DNA of 56,468 nt from Dehalococcoidia bacterium (GCA_021157895.1 JAGGVQ010000007.1:1-56468), one strand, 5' to 3'. Shown: positions 47,215-56,468, counted from the stretch's first letter. Notes: generated by a model from the sequence alone, not told the origin. Numbers and translations: made by a program.

Positions 47215-48798
47215 ATGATGAAGAGAACTGGATTTATATTATTAGCTTTACTGATTGGCCTGGCACTATTGCTGCTGGTGATGGGTTGCCAGCCCCAGCA
47301 GCTTTCTTCCCAGCAGGAAGCGCTTAACCTCTGGGGTGAAAATCCTATCACCCTGGACCCGGCAATCTCCAGTGAAAGCACTTCTCATGCCTATATCATG
47401 CAGATATTCAGCGGGCTGGTCCGGCTAAACGAAGAGATGGAAGTGGTGCCTGATATTGCCCGGAGCTGGGAAATAAGCCAGGACGGCATGACATATACCT
47501 TTTACCTGCGTCATGGCGTGAAGTTCCATGAAGGCCGCGAGGTAAAGGCGGCCGACTTCAAATATTCCTGGGAGCGAGCCTGCCGTCCGCAGTTGGCTTC
47601 CCAGACGGCAGCAATGTATCTGGGAGACATCATTGGTGCCCGGGAAATGCTGGCAGGTGAGGCGGAAAGCTTATCCGGCGTTGAGGTTATAGATAATTAC
47701 ACCCTCCGGGTTACCATCGAGGCTCCCCGGGCATATTTTCTCTCCAAGCTCACCTATCCCACGGCATTTGTGGTCAACCAGGATAATGTCGCTGCCGGGA
47801 GTGGGTGGTGGTATGCTCCTGATGGCACGGGACCCTTTCAGCTTGGCGAATGGCAACATGGTCAGCAGCTAATCCTGGAGCGAAACGAACTGTATTACGG
47901 TGAGAAGCCCCTGCTGGATAAGGTTGTCTTTCACCTGAGTGGCAACGCCAGGACGATGTATGAGAGAGGGCAGCTTGACGTTCTTCCGGTCTCGATATAC
48001 TACATCGATGAACTCCGGGATAAAAACAGTCCTCTTCACGACCAGCTAGCTGTCTTTCCTGAGCTGAGCCTTCATTATATTGGGTTTGATACTACGGCGC
48101 CGCCATTTGATGATGTCAATGTCCGCCGCGCCTTCTCTCATGCCGTAGATAAGGGGGCTGTCATTAATTCTACGGTGAAGTCCATGGTCCAGGAAGCTGG
48201 CGGCATTTTGCCTCCGGGCATGCCGGGATACAACAGCGGTCTTGAGCCTCTGGAATATAATGTCACTATGGCTCGAGTCTGTCTTGCCAACTCCAGGTAT
48301 GGAGGAGCTGACAACTTGCCCCCCATCACCCTCACCACCTCGGGATATGGCAATTCCATTACTGCCTCCCTGGGAGCCATAATTCAGCAGTGGCGGGAGA
48401 ACCTTGGTGTTGAAATCCAGGTAAGACAGGTGGAGCCGGGCAATTTTCTCTATCACCTGTCCCAGGAGAAGGATGAAATGTTTATACTGGGCTGGATAGC
48501 TGATTATCCCGACCCCGATAATTTTCTCGGTGCCCTGTTTCACTCGGGGAGCGAGAACGACATTTTTGGTTATAACAACTCACAGCTGGATGCCCTGCTG
48601 GATGAAGCTGCCGTGGAGCAGGATGAAGCTGTCAGGATTGCCATGTATCGCCAGGCAGAGCAGGGGGTGGTGGATCAGGCTCCCTGTTTGCCTTTATGGT
48701 TCGGCACCAACTATCTCCTGGTCAAGCCCTATGTCAAAGACTTTCAAATGAATCCCCTGGGAATTCCCAACCTGAGCCAGGTATACCTCGAGCACTGA
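47215..48798 (+). CDS. peptide ABC transporter substrate-binding lipoprotein (family 5)
   Basis: Lipobox LVMGC, TLDPA, YTFYLR.GVKFH.G..V.A.DF.YS, GTGPF, GWIADYPDP. Confidence 0.92.
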   Translation: MMKRTGFILLALLIGLALLLLVMGCQPQQLSSQQEALNLWGENPITLDPAISSESTSHAYIMQIFSGLVRLNEEMEVVPDIARSWEISQDGMTYTFYLRHGVKFHEGREVKAADFKYSWERACRPQLASQTAAMYLGDIIGAREMLAGEAESLSGVEVIDNYTLRVTIEAPRAYFLSKLTYPTAFVVNQDNVAAGSGWWYAPDGTGPFQLGEWQHGQQLILERNELYYGEKPLLDKVVFHLSGNARTMYERGQLDVLPVSIYYIDELRDKNSPLHDQLAVFPELSLHYIGFDTTAPPFDDVNVRRAFSHAVDKGAVINSTVKSMVQEAGGILPPGMPGYNSGLEPLEYNVTMARVCLANSRYGGADNLPPITLTTSGYGNSITASLGAIIQQWRENLGVEIQVRQVEPGNFLYHLSQEKDEMFILGWIADYPDPDNFLGALFHSGSENDIFGYNNSQLDALLDEAAVEQDEAVRIAMYRQAEQGVVDQAPCLPLWFGTNYLLVKPYVKDFQMNPLGIPNLSQVYLEH

Positions 48799-48801
48799 TT
48801 A

Positions 48802-49416
48802 TCACGATGACGGAGAGGCTTTGCCGGTGACGCGTTTCCAGGCCTTCTCTAGCTGGAGCCTCATCCGTGATTTATCCTCTGATTCCGCGTCTATGATGAC
48901 ATCAGCGTATCTCAGCTTTTCTGCCAGGGGCAATTGAGATTTAAGTCTGCTGGTTGCCTCCTCGCGGGAGAAGCCGGAGCGCTTTATCATGCGCTTGATG
49001 GAAGTATCCTCAGAGGTACTGATTACCCATACCTGGTCCACCATGCCGGTCCAGTTCGTTTCGATAAGCAGGGGAATCTCCACCACGACTGCCGGGCATC
49101 CCGCATGGCGATACTTCTCTATTCTTTCCTGTAATGCCTGTTGTATGTAGGGATGGGTGATTTTGTCCAGCTTTTTACGCTCCTCAGGCTGGTTGAATAT
49201 TATTTTTCCCAGCCTGGCCCGGTCGATCTGCTCATTCTCTCCCAGCACCCCCCTCCCCCAGGTCTGGATTATTTTCTGCCACACCTCGGTGCCCGGCTGC
49301 AACTGCTCGTGCCCGATCTTGTCGGCTTCGATTATGGCTGCCCCCATACCTGCCAGCATCTGCAGCGCCGTGCTCTTGCCGGAAGCCATATTTCCCGTGA
49401 GCCCTATTACCACCAT
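48802..49416 (-). CDS. coaE: dephospho-CoA kinase
   Basis: IGLTGNMASGKST, IDRARLG..IF, ITHP, EIPLL.E; start ATG 49416 or TTG 49440. Confidence 0.93.
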   Translation of the reverse strand: MVVIGLTGNMASGKSTALQMLAGMGAAIIEADKIGHEQLQPGTEVWQKIIQTWGRGVLGENEQIDRARLGKIIFNQPEERKKLDKITHPYIQQALQERIEKYRHAGCPAVVVEIPLLIETNWTGMVDQVWVISTSEDTSIKRMIKRSGFSREEATSRLKSQLPLAEKLRYADVIIDAESEDKSRMRLQLEKAWKRVTGKASPSS

Positions 49417-49444
49417 TTCATTACTACCGGTAAAATCCAAGAGT

Positions 49445-49534
49445 ATTATACCAGAGCTTATTTACCAGGAACGCGCGGCGTATATCCTGTAAGCACATAG
49501 ACAGGGTTCAGGCAGATGTTCCTGGTGCTATAAT
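49445..49534. promoter_or_regulatory. divergent extended -10 promoters for coaE and amrS
   Basis: TGgTATAAT on minus (-10 at 49445-49450) and TGcTATAAT on plus (-10 at 49529-49534). Confidence 0.6.
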
Positions 49535-49544
49535 TAATTTGTCT

Positions 49545-50570
49545 ATGGAAAAAGAAGCCATGCTGTATGACACCTTGCCTGGTGGCAGGGTGAGGTGCAA
49601 TATCTGCCAGTGGAGGTGTGTAATCAACCCCGGCAAGATGGGTGCCTGTCGCATGCGCGTTAACCGTGGTGGCAAACTATACACCATGAACTATGGCGAG
49701 GTGTCCTCGATAGCGGTGGACCACATAGAGAAAAAACCGGTATTCCATTTCTATCCCGGCAGCTATGCCCTTTCCCTGGGTGGGTGGGGGTGTAACTTCC
49801 ATTGCAGGGATTGCCAGAACTGGGAGATTGCCTGTGTGGATATTCCTGAGACCTCGCGATATATATCCCCGGAGAGGCAGGTGGAGCTGGCACGGGAGAA
49901 TGGCTGCCGTGGCATCGCCTGGACCTACAATGAGCCTACCGTGTGGTGGGAATATACCCTGGATTCTGCCCGGCTGGCCAGGGAAAATGGCCTATATACC
50001 GTGTATGTCACCAATGGCTATATTACTCCTGAGGCCCTGGATGCCATCGGCCCGTACCTGGACGTGTTCAGAGTGGACATCAAGGGATTTAGCGATAAGT
50101 TTTACCGGGACCTGGCCAACATCCCTCACCGGGAAGGCATACTGGAGGTGACCAGGCGCGCCCAGGAAAAGTGGCACATGCATGTCGAGGTGGTCACCAA
50201 TATCGTTCCCACCATGAATGATGATGATGAGCAGCTTCGTGGCATTGCTGCCTGGACCAGAGATAGCCTGGGAGAGCTGACCCCGTGGCATGTGACCCGT
50301 TTCTATCCGGCATATAAGCTAAAACACCTGCCCCCCACACCCGTCGCCACGCTGGAGAAAGCCTATCGCATTGGCAAAGAGGCTGGACTGAAGTTTGTTT
50401 ACCTGGGTAATGTTCCCGGGCATGACTATGAGAACACCAGATGCTACTCCTGTGGCAGAACCATCGTGCACCGCGTGGGCTACGAGACTGATGTCCGGGG
50501 ACTCGACGGCTCAAAATGCCGTTTTTGTGGAGCAGAGCTTAATTTCACTACCAGCAGGGAGGCATCTTAA
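49545..50570 (+). CDS. amrS: AmmeMemoRadiSam system radical SAM enzyme
   Basis: C.IC..RC.....[38 protein letters not shown]. Confidence 0.92.
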   Translation: MEKEAMLYDTLPGGRVRCNICQWRCVINPGKMGACRMRVNRGGKLYTMNYGEVSSIAVDHIEKKPVFHFYPGSYALSLGGWGCNFHCRDCQNWEIACVDIPETSRYISPERQVELARENGCRGIAWTYNEPTVWWEYTLDSARLARENGLYTVYVTNGYITPEALDAIGPYLDVFRVDIKGFSDKFYRDLANIPHREGILEVTRRAQEKWHMHVEVVTNIVPTMNDDDEQLRGIAAWTRDSLGELTPWHVTRFYPAYKLKHLPPTPVATLEKAYRIGKEAGLKFVYLGNVPGHDYENTRCYSCGRTIVHRVGYETDVRGLDGSKCRFCGAELNFTTSREAS

Positions 50571-50572
50571 GA

Positions 50573-51094
50573 ATGGCTATGAAACAGGAAACTCATCCCA
50601 TCGTAAAACTGGCGCGAGATACAGTAGAGAACTATATTCGAACCGGGAAGGCACCTCAGCCAGGGGAACTGACTCCCGAGATGCGCAAGAAAGCCGGCGT
50701 GTTCGTTTCCATACATAAGCATGGTGAACTGAGGGGTTGTATTGGCACCTTCGCCCCCACCCGGGCGAATGTGGCCCAGGAAATTATAGCCAATGCTATC
50801 AGCTCTTCCACCCGGGACTCCCGCTTCCCCCCGGTTGTGGAATCTGAGCTTGGTGACCTGGAATACAGCGTGGACATACTCACCGAACCTGAGCCGGTGA
50901 CGGATGAAAGCCAGCTTGATGCCAGGACATACGGGGTGATCGTCGAGAGTGGTTGGAGGCGAGGACTTCTTCTTCCTGACCTGGAGGGAGTCGATACCCC
51001 TGAGAGACAAATCGAGATATGCCGCCTCAAGGCAGGGATTGCTCCTGGTGAACCTGTCAAGCTCTATCGCTTTCGTGTCGAGCGTTTCCGATAG
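50573..51094 (+). CDS. amrA: AmmeMemoRadiSam system protein A (AMMECR1 domain)
   Basis: GVFVS, LRGCIGT, D.RFPPV, SVDIL, GLLLPDL. Confidence 0.92.
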   Translation: MAMKQETHPIVKLARDTVENYIRTGKAPQPGELTPEMRKKAGVFVSIHKHGELRGCIGTFAPTRANVAQEIIANAISSSTRDSRFPPVVESELGDLEYSVDILTEPEPVTDESQLDARTYGVIVESGWRRGLLLPDLEGVDTPERQIEICRLKAGIAPGEPVKLYRFRVERFR

Positions 51095-51191
51095 CTTAAT
51101 TTCAGGAATTCACCGTGTTATAATGATTTTTAGATGGAGATAGATAGCCGGCATATCCTCGAGTGCTTGCTTCTATTGAGGGAGGTGCATT

Positions 51192-51821
51192 CTGAGTAAG
51201 TTCTTTTTCCTTCCCCGCGATGTCAAGTTCTACGACCTTTTTGAGAAGGCCACCGCCAACCTGGTTACTGCTTCTGCCAGTCTTGCTGACATGTTTGATA
51301 ACTATACTGATGTCGAGAATAAGGCCCGGCATCTCAAGGAGATGGAGAACGCGGGTGATAGTATCACTCACGAGATAGTACAGCGACTGCATGGCACCTT
51401 CGTGACTCCCATTGACCGCGAGGACATAGCTCATCTCGCCCACACCCTGGATGATGTGATGGATTACATTGAGGCTGCGGGCAGAACTGCCTTCCTGTAC
51501 CGTGTAGAGCAACCGACGCAGCGAGCCCGGGAGCTGTGTACCGTCATAGTGGAGATGACCGACAAGTTAAATCAGGTGTTGCCGCTCTTGCGCCATCGTG
51601 AGAAATTCCCCCACATATTGAAGGGATGCGTGGAGATTAACCGTCTGGAAAACCAGGCTGATGATATCCACCATTCTGCCCAGGCGGAGCTGTTTGATGG
51701 CAGTCGTGATGCCTGTGATGTCATCAAGTGGCGTGAAATTTACCAGCACCTGGAAAATGCTACTGATAAGGGTGAGGGCGTGGCCAATATTCTCGAGGGC
51801 GTAGTATTAAAGAATGCCTGA
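51192..51821 (+). CDS. DUF47 phosphate transport regulator (Pit accessory protein), probable CTG/ATT start
   Basis: Upstream in-frame LSKFFFLPRDVKFYDLFEK N-terminus after GGAGG; TFVTPIDREDI, LENQAD, LENATD; precedes pit. Confidence 0.88.
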   Translation: MSKFFFLPRDVKFYDLFEKATANLVTASASLADMFDNYTDVENKARHLKEMENAGDSITHEIVQRLHGTFVTPIDREDIAHLAHTLDDVMDYIEAAGRTAFLYRVEQPTQRARELCTVIVEMTDKLNQVLPLLRHREKFPHILKGCVEINRLENQADDIHHSAQAELFDGSRDACDVIKWREIYQHLENATDKGEGVANILEGVVLKNA

Positions 51822-52806
51822 ATCTCCAGCACTGCTGGTTGTACTGATTGTTGTCGCTATAGCCTTTGGAGTTACCAATGGCTTTAATGATGCCGCCAAT
51901 GCCATTGCCACCGTGATTGGCACGCGCAGCCTTTCTCCCCGCAAAGCCATTCTCATGGCTGCTGCCTGTAACTTTGCTGGTGCTGCCACGGGCACTGCTG
52001 TGGCCATGACCATTGGCAAGGGGATTGTTGCTGCGGAATATGTGAATATGACCATTGTCCTCGCCGGGGTGGGAGCAATTGTTATCTGGGGAGTACTGGC
52101 CACATACAGTGGCATGCCCATTAGCCTGACACATGGACTGGTAGCGGGGTTGGTAGGGGCGGGCATCGCCCAGGCAGGCTCTGTTGCCATCGTGTGGCAG
52201 GTACTGACCCGGGTGTTGTCGGCGGTAGCCATTGCACCGATACTGGGATTTGGTGGAGGCTTTCTGGTTATGGTGGGTATTATGTGGGCCTTTCGCCATA
52301 AAGCGCCCAACAAGGTGCGCCTGTTCTTCGCCAATGCCCAAATCCTCTCTGCTGCCTTCCTGTCGTACAGTCATGGCAAGAATGATGGGCAGATGCCCAT
52401 TGGCGTTATTTCCATGGCACTGATGGCATATTATGGTTACAGCGAGTTCTATATTCCGGTGTGGGCTGTCCTGGTCTCGGCCACTGCCATCAGCATGGGA
52501 ACGGCATTTGGTGGCTGGCGGGTCATCCAGACCCTGGGATTGAAGATGACCACGCTGCGGCCTGCTGGCGGATTCGCTGCCAATCTATCTGCGGCAGTGG
52601 TTATTGAACTTGCCTCGCACTTTGGCATTCCTGTCAGCACCACGCACTGTGCCAGCTCCGCCATCATGGGGGTGGGGGCTACCAGGCGTCTATCTGCGGT
52701 AAAATGGGGCATAGTAAGGAATATCGTTCTTACCTGGATATTGACTTTTCCTGCCTGCGGCCTTCTCGGCTGGGGTATCGCCGAGCTACTGCAGGTGTTT
52801 TCCTAA
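51814..52806 (+). CDS. pit: inorganic phosphate transporter (PiT family)
   Basis: NGFNDAANAIAT, SHGKND, GIPVSTTH, IMGVG. Confidence 0.93.
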   Translation: MPESPALLVVLIVVAIAFGVTNGFNDAANAIATVIGTRSLSPRKAILMAAACNFAGAATGTAVAMTIGKGIVAAEYVNMTIVLAGVGAIVIWGVLATYSGMPISLTHGLVAGLVGAGIAQAGSVAIVWQVLTRVLSAVAIAPILGFGGGFLVMVGIMWAFRHKAPNKVRLFFANAQILSAAFLSYSHGKNDGQMPIGVISMALMAYYGYSEFYIPVWAVLVSATAISMGTAFGGWRVIQTLGLKMTTLRPAGGFAANLSAAVVIELASHFGIPVSTTHCASSAIMGVGATRRLSAVKWGIVRNIVLTWILTFPACGLLGWGIAELLQVFS

Positions 52807-52813
52807 CGCCTGG

Positions 52814-53989
52814 TTACAGTGTGGGCAGATCCTTGCCGAGCTGGGCCAGCGCATCTATCTTCCCGTGAATCTCATCCAGCTGTATCTGGTGGTCCTGCCC
52901 GTAAATCGTGCCCTTCTCATAGATTTCCTTGATGCGGGGCACGAAGGCCAGCTGGGATAATATCAGGGTGACATCGATGAAATGCTTTTCCCCGGGAAAA
53001 TCTCCTCCCCGGATAACGGCCTGGGGTGCGATCTCCTTGATATAGCTGCTGACACTCTGCACCATGTCCATGCTCATCTCTTTTGCTGGGCCGGCAGTGA
53101 GATACAGGGCAAGCCCGGCGTCCCTGGGGTTGACTGATACTGACATATCTCCCACGGTGGCTTCCAGCGCCTGTGTTCCCCGGGAGCTTTCCAGCGCCTT
53201 GTCACGGAAGTGTTTCTTATTGATTTCCCATGGAAAGCGGAAGCTGGGCAGGGTAACTCTGCCGGTGCTGATGGCGGTCCAGCCCTCCAGGGATGCCATG
53301 ATGTCACCGCCGTCAACGGTGCGCGTGCCGACATTCTTGGCCTGCGTTACCTCGCCGGCGCACATCAGGTCGTAGAACGGCTCGGCGATCTGGCGGTTAA
53401 TCTTCTCGATATTGTTGACCAGGCTGGCATCCTTCTCAACGTATCTCTGGTTATCGGCCAGAAATACCGCATCGACGATGTCAAAAGTGGACTTGAGGCA
53501 GGTAGCCGTGTTATACAGGGTGCGTGATTCGGTATCCTGCTCGTGCTCGAAGGGCAATACGGCGAGGACAAACAGGGGCTTATTGATATAGCGCTCCTTG
53601 ATCATCTGGGCCACCACGGGCAGTGAACCTGAGCCTGTGCCTCCGCCGGTGCCGGCGATGAGCAGGAAGGCGTGTGTCTGGTAGAAATAAGGGTTGGACT
53701 TGATGGCATCCACGATCTTATCGCCGTCTGCCCGGGCCAGTTCCGCTCCCAGCTCGTTTAGCTTGCCCACGCCGTGGCCATGCGTCTGGCGCAAGCCGAT
53801 GAGTATGCGGTGCTTGTGATCTGTCTGGATGTATTTCAGTCCGGTCAGGTCCGCCTGGTCGGCATTCACGGCGATGACATTGGGAGCGATGACGGCCTTG
53901 CGCTCGCGGCGGGCCTTGCTATTTAATCGAGCAAACTGGTCGGCAACACGCGAGCCGCACTGCCCTAACCCGATAACAGTTAATTTCAT
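52814..53989 (-). CDS. tubulin/FtsZ-superfamily GTPase of CetZ-like type
   Basis: MKLTVIGLGQCG (T1), GHGVGK, GTGGGTGSG (T4), LPFEHE, ADNQ, VDGGDI (T7), IRGGDFP; AGGAGG RBS. Confidence 0.9.
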   Translation of the reverse strand: MKLTVIGLGQCGSRVADQFARLNSKARRERKAVIAPNVIAVNADQADLTGLKYIQTDHKHRILIGLRQTHGHGVGKLNELGAELARADGDKIVDAIKSNPYFYQTHAFLLIAGTGGGTGSGSLPVVAQMIKERYINKPLFVLAVLPFEHEQDTESRTLYNTATCLKSTFDIVDAVFLADNQRYVEKDASLVNNIEKINRQIAEPFYDLMCAGEVTQAKNVGTRTVDGGDIMASLEGWTAISTGRVTLPSFRFPWEINKKHFRDKALESSRGTQALEATVGDMSVSVNPRDAGLALYLTAGPAKEMSMDMVQSVSSYIKEIAPQAVIRGGDFPGEKHFIDVTLILSQLAFVPRIKEIYEKGTIYGQDHQIQLDEIHGKIDALAQLGKDLPTL

Positions 53990-54018
53990 TATTTATTTCC
54001 TCCTGCGGTTATGCCAAG

Positions 54019-54048
54019 ATTATATCGTCATAGTGCCTCTCGCTGCAA
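54019..54048 (-). promoter_or_regulatory. promoter of the tubulin/FtsZ-like gene
   Basis: TTGCAG-N18-TATAAT. Confidence 0.5.
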
Positions 54049-54104
54049 GGGCAAGGGCATTTTTGAGAGAGACAACAAAAGTTTTGTGAACTGGCAGTGG
54101 GAGC

Positions 54105-55766
54105 TTAGTAGTAATATCTGCTCCTTGACCTGATGTAGAATACCAGCCCGACAATGAGTGCTATTGCCAGGACAACAACAGCGATGGCCGCCCACTGGGG
54201 CATATAGCCGGCGCGGAAGGTCTGGACATCCGACCACGAGCCGGTGTTCATGGCTCCATCAATGGCTCTTATTTGCCACTGGTAGCTGCCGTAGGGAAGG
54301 GAATACTCCCCTGCTAGGGAATAGCTGGTGCTGTTGGTGCCGGCCTGGGTAGCTGACGGCAGGATGACCAGGGGCGATGAAAATACGGGAGTGACATTGG
54401 TGGTGCCATTGACGACCCTCACCTGGTATATCTGCAGCTCATATTTATTGATTCCGCTGGTGTCGCTTATGGTGGTCCAGGTAAATGTGGGGCGGACCTT
54501 TCCGAGCAAATTGCCCAGGACGCCTGTTCGCTTGCCATTCAGGGGAGAGAGCGGAGTTATCTTGGCCGGCGCCGTCGATTCCATGACGAAGTTGGTGCTT
54601 GCAATGGCGCTGGCTCCATAGGTGGCCTGCACCGGGTGGTTTGTGGTGTGCGTGCTCTGGGTGTGGGTAGCGGTAAAGCTGACGCCGCTGAAGGTGCCGG
54701 TGGCGCTGGTGGTCACAGAGCCTATCGTGGCGCCATCATAGCTTAAAGTTAAGGGGATATTGGCACTGAAGCCACTTCCCGAGACATTTACTACCTGCCC
54801 CACGTGACCCGGAGAACTGGTGCTGGCGGCCGGGTTCAATATGATTTTTGGGCTCAGCGTGAACTCGGTTGATGCCACGGAAGTGGTGGCGCTGCCGAGG
54901 TAGGCCTCGATATCATAGGTGCCCTGTATGTGTGAGGGCACGACGAAGTTTACCGGTCCCCAGCTTCCCCTGCTATCGGATGCGATGTTGCTGAGCACGG
55001 TCTCGCCGTCGAACTTCAGCTTGATGTCAGTCCTCCCGCCACTGAAACCGGTGCCGGAAGCGGTGACGCTGTCACCAACGAAACCCGTGCTGGGGCTTGC
55101 CGTGATATCCCTCAGCACCTCGAAGTCAGGCGCAGACATGACCAGAACATCATCCTCGTACAGCTTCAGGTCATGTGAGCCCCTGGTGGAAGCGGGCACG
55201 GTGAAGGTTATGGTTAGTGAGCCATACTCGTCGGTCTCCAGGTTATCGGCCACTGTCTCGTAGCTGCTGCTGGTATAGTAGTAGCGCAGGCTGATGTCAT
55301 CGGCATCCGCCTCGCCGCCGGTTACCTTTAATGTGACCTGGTCCCCCACGTGTCCCTTGCCGGAGCTGGGAGATATTATCTCGGCACTGGATGTCACGGA
55401 GAAGGTCGTGTTTGCTATAATATCATATACGGGATTATTATACTGGCCGGCGCGGATCTCGTGGTCTCCATAGGCGCTCTCCGGGATATCGGCCAGGACG
55501 GACAGGTCATCTCCAGTTTCTGTGTATGTTCCCCCGGGATTCAGCAGGACCCAGTCGTCCTCAGCCCTCTCGTAGTGTATGTAGATTGTTGTTTCCGGGA
55601 CGAAGTTTTCCCCGGTGAGCACGACACTGGTTTCCACGGGGCCGGTGGCGGGAGAGACATTTATTTGAGCTTCTTCAGGCCCATCAGCCTGGACGGGGCT
55701 GGTGAAAAAGGGTACTGCCAGCACGCATAGCGCCAGCACGATAAACAGTCGGAATAGCAGTTTCAT
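54105..55766 (-). CDS. surface protein with Ig-like (IPT/TIG) repeats, FN3-like domain and C-terminal TM anchor
   Basis: Signal peptide MKLLFRLF...VQA after AAGGAG; four SP..G.VG..V...G.GF-type repeats; YQWQIRAIDGA.N...WS; PQW-TM-RSRSR tail. Confidence 0.85.
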   Translation of the reverse strand: MKLLFRLFIVLALCVLAVPFFTSPVQADGPEEAQINVSPATGPVETSVVLTGENFVPETTIYIHYERAEDDWVLLNPGGTYTETGDDLSVLADIPESAYGDHEIRAGQYNNPVYDIIANTTFSVTSSAEIISPSSGKGHVGDQVTLKVTGGEADADDISLRYYYTSSSYETVADNLETDEYGSLTITFTVPASTRGSHDLKLYEDDVLVMSAPDFEVLRDITASPSTGFVGDSVTASGTGFSGGRTDIKLKFDGETVLSNIASDSRGSWGPVNFVVPSHIQGTYDIEAYLGSATTSVASTEFTLSPKIILNPAASTSSPGHVGQVVNVSGSGFSANIPLTLSYDGATIGSVTTSATGTFSGVSFTATHTQSTHTTNHPVQATYGASAIASTNFVMESTAPAKITPLSPLNGKRTGVLGNLLGKVRPTFTWTTISDTSGINKYELQIYQVRVVNGTTNVTPVFSSPLVILPSATQAGTNSTSYSLAGEYSLPYGSYQWQIRAIDGAMNTGSWSDVQTFRAGYMPQWAAIAVVVLAIALIVGLVFYIRSRSRYYY

Positions 55767-55802
55767 TCGCGAACTCCTTGAATCGGTAAACATTTGCGCC
55801 AA

Positions 55803-55831
55803 AGTATAACCGTTCTTGAATATCAAGGCAA
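55803..55831 (-). promoter_or_regulatory. promoter of the Ig-like surface protein gene
   Basis: TTGCCT-N17-TATACT. Confidence 0.6.
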
Positions 55832-55837
55832 GAATAT

Positions 55838-55872
55838 AAAAGGAAAGGGGCGGGATTTACCCGCCCCTCTTT
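55838..55872 (-). terminator. intrinsic terminator after the S-layer-like gene
   Basis: Stem AGGGGCGGG-ATTTA-CCCGCCCCT (55846-55868) with T-rich tails on both strands. Confidence 0.8.
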
Positions 55873-55895
55873 TGCTAGCTTTAGCTAGCTGGTAA

Positions 55896-56468
55896 TTAGA
55901 CCCTGCGTGTCCTGAAAATGAGGACCAGGGTAACGATTACCAGTATCGCGCCGATAGCGATGACTACCCACACCCAGGAAGGAGTGGCAGGAGGTGCTGG
56001 CGGGGCAGCCGGTTCAGACTCGGTGGTGAAGGTGGAAGTGGCGCTGGTGGCAACAACGTTGCCGCTGGCGTCCTTGGCCGTGACGGTCCAGAAGTAAGTG
56101 GTGTCATAGGCCAGGTCGGAGGCACTGACGGAGAAGCTTTCGCTGGTCAGTCCGGTGCCCGAGGCAACCACGGCACCATCGGAGTCTGTCAGGGAGAAGT
56201 CATAGGTGGCATCAGGAACATTGGTCCAGGTGAAGCCCAGGGCGGCAGTTGTGCCGACCCCGGTCGCGCCGTTGTCGGGAGCGGTCAGAGACAGGATGCC
56301 CGCTTTGGGTGCGACGGAGAAGCTCCAGGTCTGAGACCAGGGGCTCCTAATAACTTCGCCGGTCTCGGCGTAGTGTGCCCTGACTCTCCAGTAGTATGTC
56401 TGTCCGGAGTCAAAGGTGTTTCCCGGTACCAGCAGTGTGGGAGTGCCCGGGTTGGAAGGCTTGTAGTA
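55896..56468 (-). CDS. C-terminal part of a large FN3-repeat surface (putative S-layer) protein; 5' end outside the window
   Basis: Frame open to the window edge (191 codons): TYYWRVRA...SPWS..WSF, TTYFWTVTA, Pro-rich linker, TPSWVWVVIAIGAILVIVTLVLIFRTRRV anchor. Confidence 0.8.
   Translation of the reverse strand, partial: YYKPSNPGTPTLLVPGNTFDSGQTYYWRVRAHYAETGEVIRSPWSQTWSFSVAPKAGILSLTAPDNGATGVGTTAALGFTWTNVPDATYDFSLTDSDGAVVASGTGLTSESFSVSASDLAYDTTYFWTVTAKDASGNVVATSATSTFTTESEPAAPPAPPATPSWVWVVIAIGAILVIVTLVLIFRTRRV

Overview
Mostly core chromosome of a bacterium that looks like Dehalococcoidia (Chloroflexota); the taxon is inferred from gene set, gene order and envelope proteins, not from a search. 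The housekeeping backbone is tRNA-Val, rplY, ligA, pth, eno, gap, dnaX-ybaB, pheA, ffh, dnaG-rpoD, the full F1Fo atp operon, khpA-rpsP, nfi, frameshifted prfB, radC, coaE, amrSA and DUF47-pit. Three regions stand out. (1) A ~10 kb all-minus-strand block between rplY and ligA encodes a formate module (FNT channel, membrane OB-fold protein, an unannotated 50-aa CCxC membrane peptide, Cys-type FdhF and AsrA/AsrB-like subunits), a ClpP-like protein, a truncated radical SAM gene and an atypical Mre11/Rad50 pair. (2) A ~3.2 kb island beside rpsP, bounded on the left by an IS481-like relic, has a soluble PAS kinase and NarL-family regulator facing a 23-bp tandem-repeat promoter region. Downstream lie two unknown ORFs and a second, orphan ATP synthase c subunit with its own terminator. 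This is my best candidate for an undescribed system. (3) At the right end, a CetZ-like tubulin/FtsZ homologue lies downstream of two surface proteins that share a PxW-TM-basic C-terminus. Reading the intergenic DNA also showed a decayed PEP synthase N-terminus upstream of dnaG, two genes that apparently need ATT/CTG starts (plus a weaker third), many near-leaderless promoters, and a probable rearrangement separating ffh from rpsP. All assignments come from motif recognition by eye; no database searches were run.
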